Source: Truepera sp. (GTDB lineage Bacteria > Deinococcota > Deinococci > Deinococcales > Trueperaceae). Taken from it: a stretch of 64,000 nucleotides of DNA. The notes under the pieces are model-generated. The model was not told the origin of the DNA. It did not search any database and saw only the letters and a list, made by a program, of their open reading frames with translations. Positions 19,575 through 29,270 of the stretch are shown piece after piece. Location: assembly GCA_965218435.1 (NCBI GenBank), contig CBDCKW010000009.1:992001-1056000 (forward strand). Reading direction: 5' to 3'. Within the stretch, counting starts at the first letter, position 1, and every line of letters starts with the position of its first letter. Both the position numbers and the translations under genes were made by a program.

Positions 19575-19718
19575 ATGTCTGATAACGACAAAAGGGTCTA
19601 CATTCCGCAAGATGACCGCAGACCGAAACCACTTTCCGAAGATAAGGGATTACTTCCAGTTAAAGTGACGCCACAGACTCCACCCGTACAACCTCCAAAA
19701 CAAGAAAAGAAAGACTAA
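19575..19718 (+). CDS. Small Pro/Lys-rich peptide (47 aa), not in the ORF track
   Basis: GGAGGT RBS inside the end of the upstream gene; MSDNDKRVYIPQDDRRPKPLSEDKGLLPVKVTPQTPPVQPPKQEKKD. Confidence 0.65.
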   Translation: MSDNDKRVYIPQDDRRPKPLSEDKGLLPVKVTPQTPPVQPPKQEKKD

Positions 19719-19761
19719 GTGTTGTCTTGCCGCAATCTTCAGCTAGGCGTACTATCTGGTC

Positions 19762-19968
19762 ATGAGCTATAAAGGCGTCATCACCCTCGAGCCGGGAAAG
19801 CGCAGCGGGAAACCCTGTATCAGAGGGATGCGTATCACGGTTTATGATGTTCTCGAGCTTTTAGCCAGCGGAATGACCCATGAGGAGATACTCGAGGATT
19901 TTCCCTATCTGACAAATGAGGATATCCTAGTCTGTTTCAGCTACGCCGCCGACCGAGAAAAAGCATGA
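19762..19968 (+). CDS. DUF433 antitoxin-like protein (orphan)
   Basis: GKPCIRGMRITVYDVLELLASGMTHEEILEDFPYLT..DI. Confidence 0.9.
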   Translation: MSYKGVITLEPGKRSGKPCIRGMRITVYDVLELLASGMTHEEILEDFPYLTNEDILVCFSYAADREKA

Positions 19969-20146
19969 TAACTGCTTGAGCTGATCTGAAACTTCCATAG
20001 GAAATTAAAAGGTCAAGTGTCGATCTCCAGCCAGGCATGTTGGCACTCTTTTAGAAAACCTCGAGCTACTCGGATACTCCCTAGAACTCATCTCAAAAAT
20101 GGTTCTCAAACTGAGAGCATCTTATCTTACTCGCCTAGCTCGGTTT

Positions 20147-20181
20147 AACCCTTATGGGGCAGAGCCCCATAAGGGTTTTTT
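20147..20181. terminator. Intrinsic terminator
   Basis: AACCCTTATGGGGC-aga-GCCCCATAAGGGTT followed by a T run. Confidence 0.8.
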
Positions 20182-20230
20182 AGATGGCTTTTGCTTCCGT
20201 CTGTCTTGACCTAGAAACCGGAAACGCAGC

Positions 20231-22096
20231 TCAGCGAAACTTTTGCCCGGCTTCAAGGCGGTAGACGCGAACATAATCGAACGACGCGGTGTAGCCTGCA
20301 CCACCAAAGGAAACTAAGCCAATCTTGGCAGCTGAACCGAGTGCGTGTGTCCAGGTACCGCCCCGCACCCACTCACCCCCGGGTACATCGCGTTTGGTGT
20401 AGGCAGTGTAACGCTCTTCGCCTTTGACCTGCTCTTTGGCAATGCGCAGCAGCGTCCACTCAGCCGGTGGTCCGACGACCGTGTTGCCGTACCGCGGGTA
20501 GCCCTCCGGCACCGGTGAAAGTTCTTTGGCAAACTCCGTCTGCCGGGTATTAAAGATCGCTACATCAACCAGCTTGATAAAGTTGTCGTCATCACCGTAA
20601 ATCACTAGGCCCGCTTGGTTGAAGTTGCAGTCGCTACCGCACTTGTCGAGCGGCGCGTCCAGCTTGAGGCGTGTTTCGACGACGTACTCGCGCCGATCAG
20701 CAGGCCGGGTCAGGACGGGCGCGGTATTGCTGTCGACGTAAAGGTCGCCGGGTTGCGTGTTGAACGCCAGTACACCCCCGGTGACGCGGTACTGACTCGA
20801 GTCGGGTTGCCGTACCCAGTTCCAGCGCCGGTCGAGTGTTCTCCCATCGAACTCGTCGCGGTCGATCAGCTTACCGAGCCGGAGGCCGCGGAACGGCTTT
20901 GTCTTGTACTTACTGCGCTCACCGGGTTGAGCCGCAGGCCCGCGCTGGTTGTTGTCCGAAGCCCAATTGCCTCCCCGTACCGTCGGCCAGCCGTCTTGCC
21001 AGTCGAGCGCGTCAAGGAGTAGTGGCCGTTTGGTAAAGCCGACAGCCCCTGCAAAGTAGGGATCATGACGGTCAACCGCGTGATAGAGCGTCCACCACTG
21101 GCCGTCAAAGTCTTTTAAGACGGTGTTGTGACCCGTCCCGACCCAACGGTTGCCGTTCATACTGAGCACCACCGAGCCGCCGACGCGGGGCTCGAGCAGC
21201 GACACCCCTTCACGGTCAACATAAGGGCCGAGTGGGCTGCGCGACCGTCCGGCGAACAGAGAATATCCGGTTAATGGCCCTCGGCAGCAGTCAGTCGCCG
21301 AGACAAATAGATAAAAGTAACCATCCTTTTCAACAACCTCAGAGCCTTCATAACGGTTGTCGATGGTGATACGTGTTTGCCGCGCCTGATCGGTCGCCAG
21401 CCCATCTTCTGAGAGAGGGCGAGCAAAGATGCCCCCATAAAAGCCGCCGAAGTACAGATAACGCTGCGCACCGTCTGTGACAACTTCAGGGTCGATGGCA
21501 CCAAAAAAATTGCACTCGCGTGCGCCAAACGCCCTGCTTGGATTGCCGTTATATTGGGGTTCGACGACCACGGCTCCTGAGTCCGTCCACGGTCCCGCTG
21601 CGCTCGGCGCGGTCGCCACCCCAATCGCTTGGTCACTGTCACAGTTAGGTGCGCCGCTCACCTCGGCGCTGGCGTTCGTCACGATGTAGTAGAGATAGTA
21701 GGTGCCCTTGTGATATTCGATTTCAGGCGCAAATACCGTTGTTCCCGGATCAGCCCAAGTGGGTAGCTCGTCTAGAGCCTCTCCCAGGTAGGTCCAGTCG
21801 GTGAGGTTCGAGGAGCGCAAGATCGGGAGGTTGCGAAAGTTAAACTCACCTTGAGCGTTGCGGTCTTCGTCATTGAGTGGGTCGCGGGTACAGTAGGTGT
21901 ACCAGTAACCATCTTGAGCGTAAAAGGTTGAAGGGTCGGCGCAACTTTCAACGAGACCGTTGCCGATACCTGCTGCGCGAATAGGGACAGGATTCTCGTA
22001 CTTATTGCTTGTTTGCGCGCTCAGTTCAGCTGTTCCCAGCTGTTGACAACCTGCAAGCACCATCACCAAAACTCCAATACTCTGCTGCCATTTCAT
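20231..22096 (-). CDS. GH43 glycoside hydrolase lipoprotein with a C-terminal beta-sandwich
   Basis: Lipobox LAGC; ADPS, FAPE, AIDP, YEG and GTGHN GH43 motifs. Confidence 0.9.
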   Translation of the reverse strand: MKWQQSIGVLVMVLAGCQQLGTAELSAQTSNKYENPVPIRAAGIGNGLVESCADPSTFYAQDGYWYTYCTRDPLNDEDRNAQGEFNFRNLPILRSSNLTDWTYLGEALDELPTWADPGTTVFAPEIEYHKGTYYLYYIVTNASAEVSGAPNCDSDQAIGVATAPSAAGPWTDSGAVVVEPQYNGNPSRAFGARECNFFGAIDPEVVTDGAQRYLYFGGFYGGIFARPLSEDGLATDQARQTRITIDNRYEGSEVVEKDGYFYLFVSATDCCRGPLTGYSLFAGRSRSPLGPYVDREGVSLLEPRVGGSVVLSMNGNRWVGTGHNTVLKDFDGQWWTLYHAVDRHDPYFAGAVGFTKRPLLLDALDWQDGWPTVRGGNWASDNNQRGPAAQPGERSKYKTKPFRGLRLGKLIDRDEFDGRTLDRRWNWVRQPDSSQYRVTGGVLAFNTQPGDLYVDSNTAPVLTRPADRREYVVETRLKLDAPLDKCGSDCNFNQAGLVIYGDDDNFIKLVDVAIFNTRQTEFAKELSPVPEGYPRYGNTVVGPPAEWTLLRIAKEQVKGEERYTAYTKRDVPGGEWVRGGTWTHALGSAAKIGLVSFGGAGYTASFDYVRVYRLEAGQKFR

Positions 22097-22185
22097 CCGT
22101 TCGTTCCTCCCTTAAGATACTTTTGCCTGCCCAGCGCCGACCCCCCAAGCCTCCTACGCACTGCTGCTCTACAAAACATCTACTA

Positions 22186-23014
22186 GAAGCCATCTCAAAA
22201 ACGCCTAAGCAGCAGTTTGATGCAACCAAGCTGAAGGAAGGCCAAGAAGTTTTGCGAGTAGCGTTCGTAGCGGACGACTAAGCGCCGGAAGTTGCCAAGG
22301 TGGGCAAAGAGCCGTTCGATCTTCCAACGCCTTTTATAGCGCCTTAGTTTACGTCCATCTTGAGTCTTCGCTTTCTTGCGGTTTTTCCTATGAGGTGCAA
22401 TCATCTCAACGCCCGCTTCGGCAAGTTCAGCATCTAAAGGGTCACTGTCATACGCCTTGTCACCGATTAACTTCTCGGGCTTACCTCTGACGTGTCGAGA
22501 TGCGAGAGTTTGCTGTACCAGTCTGACTTCATGCGGTGAAGCAGATGTAACGTAGAGGGCGAGACAAGCACCACTAGCATCCGATATTGCCATGACTTTG
22601 CTACCCTTGCCCCGTTTAGTCTTACCAATTGCCGAGCCCCTTTTTTTGCCGCTACGAAGGTGCCGTCTATAAAGCACTCGCTTAAATCAAGCTCACCACG
22701 TTCTTCCAAATCTTGCGCTAAAGTCTCTAAAACACTCTGTAGTACACCGTTTCTCTCCCATTCTTGGAAACGCCGGTGACACGTCTGGTAGGGCGGATAT
22801 CTGCTGGGCAGGTCAGCCCATTGTGCGCCGGTTCTGAGTATCCAGCAGATACCTTCAAGTACCTCTCGTGAAGGGCGTCTAGGCCGACCTTTACCGTCTT
22901 TACGTCGAACCGGCTCGGGAATAAGTGGCCCGAGAATCGTCCACTGTTCATCTGTTAGTTCCATACCACTTTTTAGCAGCTATCCAGCTGACTATTCGTT
23001 TTTGAGATGGCTTC
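22186..23014 (-). mobile_element. IS5 family (IS427-like) element
   Basis: Perfect terminal IR GAAGCCATCTCAAAAACG; TA duplication within a CTAG target. Confidence 0.92.
22195..22964 (-). CDS. IS5 transposase as two ORFs joined by a probable -1 frameshift
   Basis: [38 protein letters not shown]7G slippery run at 22640-22647. Confidence 0.88.
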
Positions 23015-23318
23015 TAGAAATGTACTAGACGCGCTGACATCTCGGTGCCAGAAAGCACCTTTTGCCGAAGCGACGCAAGTTGTAAACTACCTGGTTAATA
23101 TACGGAAGCTTATCAGGCTTGTCAAATGTCCAGACAAACTAAAACCCCAAAACTTTGCGTTTTGTGGCAAAGTCGTGGCCCAAGCTCATGAAATGGTGTC
23201 AGCAGAGGAGAAACGTCAACCAGACGTACGACTCAGCTTGACTACAGAAGCGACGCGTCCCGAAATACTTCAAGCATTTTTGAGTAGATAGACTGCGTTT
23301 GAGCCCGAGCCTTTTAAC

Positions 23319-25883
23319 TTACTTAGCCTCGAGCCAATTCTGCCCCAACCCAACCTCAGCGGTGATCGGTACATCGAGCTCATAAGCCCCTTCCATCGCC
23401 GCTTTGACGGTTTCGGCCACCGCCTCGGCGTCACCTTTAGGCGCTTCGATCACGAGTTCGTCGTGAACTTGTAAGAGGAGTTTGGAGCCTGAAGCGGCGA
23501 GTTTGGGGGCAACTTCTAACATCGCCAGCTTGACAATATCGGCCTGCGTGCCCTGAATCGGCATGTTGTAGGCGGTGCGTTCGGCGTATTCGCGGGCGTT
23601 GCGGTTTTTGCTGCCTATGTCAGGAATCATCCGGCGGCGGCCCAAAAGCGTCTCGACGTAGCCGTTTTGCCGGGCGAACTCGAGCGTCGTCTCGATATAT
23701 TTCTGCACCTTCGGATAGCGCGCGAAGTACGTTTTGATAAAGGTGTCGGCCTCGGCGTAGTCAATACTCAGCTCGCGGGTCAGGCGGTGCGCGGACATGC
23801 CGTAAAGTACGCCGAAGTTGATGATCTTCGCGACGCGGCGCATGTCCGGCGTAATCTTTTCCGGGTCTGCGCCGTAAATTTGCGCGGCGGTGCGGCGGTG
23901 GATGTCTTCGCCTGAACGAAAGGTTTCTAGGAGCGCCGCTTCACCGGTGATGTGCGCCAAAATCCGCAGTTCAATCTGCGAATAATCCGCGACTAAGAGC
24001 GTCATGCCTTCATCCGCGATAAAACCGCGCCGGATTTCACGGCCGATTTCGGTGCGAACCGGGATATTTTGCAGGTTCGGATTCGTGGACGAGAGCCGCC
24101 CAGTCGCGGTAGCCGCTTGATTAAAGGTCGTGTGCAGCCGTCTGGTCTTAGGGTTGACGAGGCGCGGCAGTGGGTCTAAGTAGGTGCTTTTGAGCTTGGC
24201 GAGTTCGCGGTAATCCAAAATCAGCGGGACGACCGGGTGCGCGTCTCTGAGGGGTTCCAAGGCACTCACGGCTGTTGAGCGTTTGCCGGTCGTAGTTTTC
24301 CGGCCTGCTTGGAGCTCGAGCTTTTCAAACAGTAACTCGGCCAATTGGTCACGTGAGTTGAGGTTTAAGGCATTGTTACCAGCGATTTCCCGGACTTGCT
24401 CTTCGAGCCCTACTAGGGTTTCGTTCATCGCTTCGGACTGCGCGGTTAAAAAGGCGGTGTCAATTTTGACGCCGGTGCGCTCCATCTGCGCGAGGACGCC
24501 CGCGAGTGGGCGTTCGATCTGCTCGTAAAGGTCTTTGAGGCGCGGTTCGGCGGCGAGTTTGGGCGGCAAGAGCTTGAAGAGTTCGGCAGTCGTGACCGCC
24601 CGTGACGCCGCTGTGACGCCCCAGTCAGGTGCGCCGTAACGCCGTGCGACAGTCTCCGGGTTGGCGGTGTTGGGGTCCAGGACGTAGGCCATCAACAAAG
24701 GGTCGTCGCCGGGGGAGACCGCTTCACCCCTTTCACCACGCGACGCGTAGACCGCTAGGGCTTTGGCGTCGCACGCGTTAAGCACGCCTTCACTCGCCAA
24801 AATAGTCTGTTGCCATTCGGGTTCGATGGTGGCGACTGTTCCTGCTGAGGCGACAGCTAGCTCGGTCAGCTCGGCGCTCATCGGGGAGACGCTCGAGAGC
24901 ACAAAGCCCAGCGCCCCGCCGAAGAAAATATCTGCTGAAGCGATTTTACGGTAGCCGTCTCTCGCCACTGCTGACGTGCTGCTTGCAGCCTCGTCCACCA
25001 GCCCCAACTCGCGCAGCATCGAGCCAAACTCTAAACCTTCTAAAAACTCAGTGAGCGCCTCACGTTGCAACTCGCGTTTGGCCCACCGTTCGGGGGCGAT
25101 CTCTAAGTCGGCGTCGGTGACAATCCGTGACAGCTGACGCGAGAACTTGACGTTTTCCATGCTGGCTGCGACTTTTTTGGCGGCACTTTCGGGTTTAAGC
25201 GCCTCAACATTGTCTAAAATGGCGTCGAGCGTGCCGTAGTCTTGCAAGAGCTTTGCGGCTGTTTTCGGGCCGATACCCTTTGCGCCGGGGATGTTGTCCG
25301 AGGCGTCACCGGTTAGTGAGCGGTAATCTACCCACTGCGCGACCGTGACGCCGAACTTGTCCAAGACCTCTCGCGGGCCGAAAGAGTCGTTTTTAGAGAG
25401 CCCCCGCACGGTGATGCGGTCACTCACCAGCTGATAGGCGTCGCGGTCGGACGTGACGATTTCGACCTTGTAGCCGAGTTCGGCGCAGCGGGTGGCAATC
25501 GTGCCGATGAGGTCATCGGCCTCGAGCCCCGGTACTTCGGTCTGGTAGAGCCCTAACAGCTCGACCGCTTGTTTAATCTGCCGAATCTGGCGCGGCAAAT
25601 CTTCGGGCGTGTCGCGCCTGCCCGCTTTATAGCCGTCAAACTGCTCGTGCCGAAAGGTCTTGGCGGGCGCGTCAAAGGTCACGATGGTCGCGTCGAACTC
25701 ACCCTCTTCGTTCATGATGCGCAGTAAAGACCGTAAAAAGCCGTAAACCGCGTTCGTCGTTTCACCTTTGGAATTGCTCAGGTCTCGGATGGCGTAGTAC
25801 GAGCGAAAGGCGAGCGCGTGACCGTCGATAATAACGAGTTTGTGACCGTTACGGTCTGCCGGAGCCGGAGGTGTCTCAGCCAT
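23319..25883 (-). CDS. polA: DNA polymerase I
   Basis: 5'-3' exonuclease motifs (IIDGH, EADD, GDASDN) and polymerase motifs (DYSQIELR, INFGVLYG, LQVHDE); start uncertain. Confidence 0.97.
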   Translation of the reverse strand: MAETPPAPADRNGHKLVIIDGHALAFRSYYAIRDLSNSKGETTNAVYGFLRSLLRIMNEEGEFDATIVTFDAPAKTFRHEQFDGYKAGRRDTPEDLPRQIRQIKQAVELLGLYQTEVPGLEADDLIGTIATRCAELGYKVEIVTSDRDAYQLVSDRITVRGLSKNDSFGPREVLDKFGVTVAQWVDYRSLTGDASDNIPGAKGIGPKTAAKLLQDYGTLDAILDNVEALKPESAAKKVAASMENVKFSRQLSRIVTDADLEIAPERWAKRELQREALTEFLEGLEFGSMLRELGLVDEAASSTSAVARDGYRKIASADIFFGGALGFVLSSVSPMSAELTELAVASAGTVATIEPEWQQTILASEGVLNACDAKALAVYASRGERGEAVSPGDDPLLMAYVLDPNTANPETVARRYGAPDWGVTAASRAVTTAELFKLLPPKLAAEPRLKDLYEQIERPLAGVLAQMERTGVKIDTAFLTAQSEAMNETLVGLEEQVREIAGNNALNLNSRDQLAELLFEKLELQAGRKTTTGKRSTAVSALEPLRDAHPVVPLILDYRELAKLKSTYLDPLPRLVNPKTRRLHTTFNQAATATGRLSSTNPNLQNIPVRTEIGREIRRGFIADEGMTLLVADYSQIELRILAHITGEAALLETFRSGEDIHRRTAAQIYGADPEKITPDMRRVAKIINFGVLYGMSAHRLTRELSIDYAEADTFIKTYFARYPKVQKYIETTLEFARQNGYVETLLGRRRMIPDIGSKNRNAREYAERTAYNMPIQGTQADIVKLAMLEVAPKLAASGSKLLLQVHDELVIEAPKGDAEAVAETVKAAMEGAYELDVPITAEVGLGQNWLEAK

Positions 25884-26109
25884 AAACACGTTGTGAGGCG
25901 TCAAGAGAGGGTGTGCAGAGCATCTATTAGAGTGTACAACGCGTCTTTTGCCGGTGAGGTCGGTTGCCTGAGCTGTGCTAGGGGCCTTCGCTGAGAGCTT
26001 CTATCAGGGGCAGTGCACCGGCCTCAGCTGCGCTAAGCTGACCGTGAGACACCAGAAGTGGCGATGAGCCGACCTTTGGCGTCTTAAAAGGTTGTATTGA
26101 CCGGTTCGG

Positions 26110-27318
26110 TCAATACTTAAGGGGTAGGGCCTCGAGCCCCCGTAGTTGCGGGTTGACGCGCCAGGTCAGCGTATCCGGGGCGGCGTTTAGGGAGAGGTCC
26201 GGAAAACGCTCGAGAAGTGCCCCTAACGCCTCTTCTGCCTCCATCCGGGCCAGAGGAGCGCCCAGGCAGTAATGCACCCCTTGACCAAACGCGATGTGCT
26301 TGTTGAGCTTGCGCGCGATATCGAGTTCATCGGGGTCGGTGAACTGCGTTTCGTCGCGGTTGGCCGAAGAAAGAGCGGCCATCACCATCTCGCCCGCCTT
26401 AATCTGCTGACCCCCGAGCGTCAGGTCCTCGAGTGCAAAGCGGGGGGCCGTTAAGGTCACCGGACCCTCGAGCCGTAACAGTTCCTCAACCGCCGACCCC
26501 AGCAGGTCCGGCTGGGCGCGCAGCTTCGCCAGCTCAGCCGGGTGGGTGAAGAGCGCCAACATCCCGTTGCCGAGCAAGTTCACCGTCGTTTCGTGCCCCG
26601 CGAAGATGAGCAGCGCGACCATCGAGATCAGCTCCTGCTCGCTAAGGGTGTCGCCCGCATCTTCGGCGCGTACAAGTGCCGAGACGAGGTCGTCGCCCGG
26701 TTCGCGCCTTTTGAGCTCGAACAGTCCGAGCAGATAGTCGGTAAACGCGGTCATCTCCGCGGTGTTGTCGAGCTGCTCGTCGGCCGTGACGCCAACTGCT
26801 CTAAACATCGAATCCGACCACGCGCGGAACTTTTCCCGGTCCTCCAAGGGCAACCCCAACATCCCCGAGATCACGTTGATAGGGAGGGGGAAGGCAAAGC
26901 TGTCGATCAGGTCGAACTCGCGGCTACCGGACGCTTCGATGGCGTCGATGAGTTCCCGGGCCAGGCCCCGCACCTGGGGTCTCAACCCTTCGACGAACTT
27001 GGGGGTAAAGCCTTTGCTGACCAGGTTGCGCAAGCGGCGGTGGTCAAGCCCGTCGGTACTGAGCAGATGGGGCGTTCCGTCCAGCGGGCCGACGTTGGCG
27101 GCGTTGGCCGTGTCTTCGCTCAGTTTCAGTTGGCGGGTAGGGCCGAGTCCGAAGCGTGCGTCCTTAAGCACAGCGACGACATCTTCAAAGCGGGTGACGA
27201 GCCAAGCGTCGTGCTCATAGACGCTGAACTTGAAAACCGGGGCCTGCTGACGTAGTTGGGCAAAGGCGGCAAAGGAATCGCCAGAAAAACCGGCACCGAA
27301 CGAGGGGGTTGACTGCAT
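26110..27318 (-). CDS. Cytochrome P450
   Basis: AGHETT, EELLR and FGQGVHYCLG heme motifs. Confidence 0.96.
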   Translation of the reverse strand: MQSTPSFGAGFSGDSFAAFAQLRQQAPVFKFSVYEHDAWLVTRFEDVVAVLKDARFGLGPTRQLKLSEDTANAANVGPLDGTPHLLSTDGLDHRRLRNLVSKGFTPKFVEGLRPQVRGLARELIDAIEASGSREFDLIDSFAFPLPINVISGMLGLPLEDREKFRAWSDSMFRAVGVTADEQLDNTAEMTAFTDYLLGLFELKRREPGDDLVSALVRAEDAGDTLSEQELISMVALLIFAGHETTVNLLGNGMLALFTHPAELAKLRAQPDLLGSAVEELLRLEGPVTLTAPRFALEDLTLGGQQIKAGEMVMAALSSANRDETQFTDPDELDIARKLNKHIAFGQGVHYCLGAPLARMEAEEALGALLERFPDLSLNAAPDTLTWRVNPQLRGLEALPLKY

Positions 27319-27364
27319 GGTTGCCTCCAGGCGTAGACGGCAGCTACTACGTCTACCCGGTTAT

Positions 27365-27391
27365 ATTAGCTGCATTTTGCATTAGCTGCAT
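27365..27391. promoter_or_regulatory. Putative MarR operator
   Basis: ATTAGCTGCAT repeated at 27365 and 27381 in the divergent P450/marR intergenic region. Confidence 0.5.
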
Positions 27392-27430
27392 GAAGCAGGT
27401 ATACAAACTTGCTGAGGACACTTCGTTAAG

Positions 27431-27877
27431 ATGGAGAGACCTATGCTTGAAAACGAACCTCAGCGTCTTATGCTTTCCCTCTGGCACCTGCATGAAATTC
27501 TGGTTGCACGCGTTGACAACCGGTTAAAGGAGGAGCAGGGGGCAAGTCTGCGTGAATACCTGCTCCTGACTTTCGTTGAAGGGGGCGTCAACCGAACGGG
27601 TGACATCGCCAGAACCCTCAACCTCCCCGGTTACGCTGCGAGCCGCATGATCGAACCTCTTTGGCGCACGGGTCTGCTCGAGCGTACGGTCGATGTGGCC
27701 GACGCGCGCAGCTTCAACCTGTCGCTGAGTAAAACGGGTGAAGCCCGGTTGCGAGAGGCCGAGCGCGTTGTATTCGGCGAACTCGGTACACTGTTAGAAG
27801 GGTTCGAGCCCGAGCGGCGTCAAGCGTTTCTGACGATGTTAGAGGATTTAACCACCTTAGCTCGGAAGCTCGGTTAA
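27431..27877 (+). CDS. MarR family regulator
   Basis: Winged helix; GLLERTVDVADARS..LSLSKTG. Confidence 0.88.
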   Translation: MERPMLENEPQRLMLSLWHLHEILVARVDNRLKEEQGASLREYLLLTFVEGGVNRTGDIARTLNLPGYAASRMIEPLWRTGLLERTVDVADARSFNLSLSKTGEARLREAERVVFGELGTLLEGFEPERRQAFLTMLEDLTTLARKLG

Positions 27878-28356
27878 GTATAAAAGTGGACCCCTAAAAG
27901 TGGCGATGGGCCGGAGGACGGGGTCAACGCTGCCTTACATCAAAATGTGATGCGACAAGCTCTCTGTGGGAGCAGCTCTATACCTACGCCTACGCTCCGC
28001 TAAGCGAGGCCGACAGCTACCGCCGCACTGCCGACCCGCGCGGCGGCTACTATGTTCGGCTCGTCTATGGTGACGGCGAAGCGGACGCCAAAAAGCGGGT
28101 GTCCCAAATTGCGTAAACATATTCGAGCCGTCAGACAAGTATAGTTTTTTACACCCAGGCGAAGGCTGCTGCGTTTACACTGCCGTTGGCGGTTTCAGCC
28201 TTGGCCGGTTACGCCGCAATATATTTTTATCGCTCTACAGGTGGGGACCTGTAGAGCACCTTTTTGGGACACCAGCCCGCCGCACCTTGCAAAAGGCTAA
28301 CTGTACCGAGATAAAAACAGTTTTTGCTGTACCTGCTGACGCAGTATCAGCCCGTT

Positions 28357-29265
28357 TTAGTCAGAGCGTCTAGGCACTTGGTTAGAGCGGCCGCGAGTGT
28401 CCCATGCGGTGTTTTTAGGCGCTGGTCTGCCGGTCTCAGCGGTAAACGCTTCCTTTACACTGAGCACATGAACACCCGCAAGCCGCGTCATCAAGGTAGC
28501 GTCAAGGGAAGTGTCTCGAGGCACAGTGTCTCGAGTTATAGGCGTGTCAGCCGGAAGCGTGTTGGCGTGCAGCGTCTCTGTCGGCACCCCTAAAACGCTC
28601 ATCGCGCCTTGGTAAAAGTCGTAAACGCTCGTCCGTGCGCCGCTGATGTGAACGGTCCCGGTGGTGCTAGAGAGTGTGAGTTTGGCCACGGCCTCGGCAG
28701 CCAATCCAACTTCCATCGGACTTTTGAACATATCCTGCGCGTAGTAGACATCTTCACCTGCCAGAAGACGTCGCTGCACCTCTGAAAGTCTAGGGTCAAG
28801 CTCGCCAGCTGAGAAGCCGTAGAGGTAGCTCGGTCTGACGATACAAGCGTTTCTGCAGCTGCCCAGAACGAGGGGCTCGAGCACCGCCAAGTTTCGGCCG
28901 TAGAGCGTGGTGGGTGAAGGTAGGTCTGACTCGTTGTAGTTGCCTTTTGCGCCATCAAAAATAGCGTCGCTCGACAAGTACACGACGCGCTGCGCCGCAC
29001 ACGCCTTAAAAAAGTGCGTTGCCCTCTCTTGGAGTTCCAAAGTCGGCGCATCCGGTTCGACATCTGCGGCAAAGATCACCGTGTCGGCTCCGGTCTGTTC
29101 GAGCAGCGGCGTCACGTCATCGTGCCAAAAGTCAAAGGAAAAGTCGGCTACAGCTTGCTGACAGTACGTGCCGTATACGCTTACGTTTTGTTGACGCAGC
29201 TCAGCCGTCACCGCTCGGCCCAAAAATCCACTTGCGCCGACAACTAGAACCGTCCTCTGTGTCAT
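28357..29265 (-). CDS. RmlD-like sugar-nucleotide reductase family protein
   Basis: VVGASGFLG, LSSDAIFDG..YNESDLPSP.TLYG and IVRPS motifs. Confidence 0.82.
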   Translation of the reverse strand: MTQRTVLVVGASGFLGRAVTAELRQQNVSVYGTYCQQAVADFSFDFWHDDVTPLLEQTGADTVIFAADVEPDAPTLELQERATHFFKACAAQRVVYLSSDAIFDGAKGNYNESDLPSPTTLYGRNLAVLEPLVLGSCRNACIVRPSYLYGFSAGELDPRLSEVQRRLLAGEDVYYAQDMFKSPMEVGLAAEAVAKLTLSSTTGTVHISGARTSVYDFYQGAMSVLGVPTETLHANTLPADTPITRDTVPRDTSLDATLMTRLAGVHVLSVKEAFTAETGRPAPKNTAWDTRGRSNQVPRRSD

Positions 29266-29270
29266 ATCGC

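Noticed and set aside
23007..23291. 94-aa ORF beginning in the IS5 end
   Set aside because: It starts inside the IR, has no RBS or motif, and is probably displaced upstream DNA.
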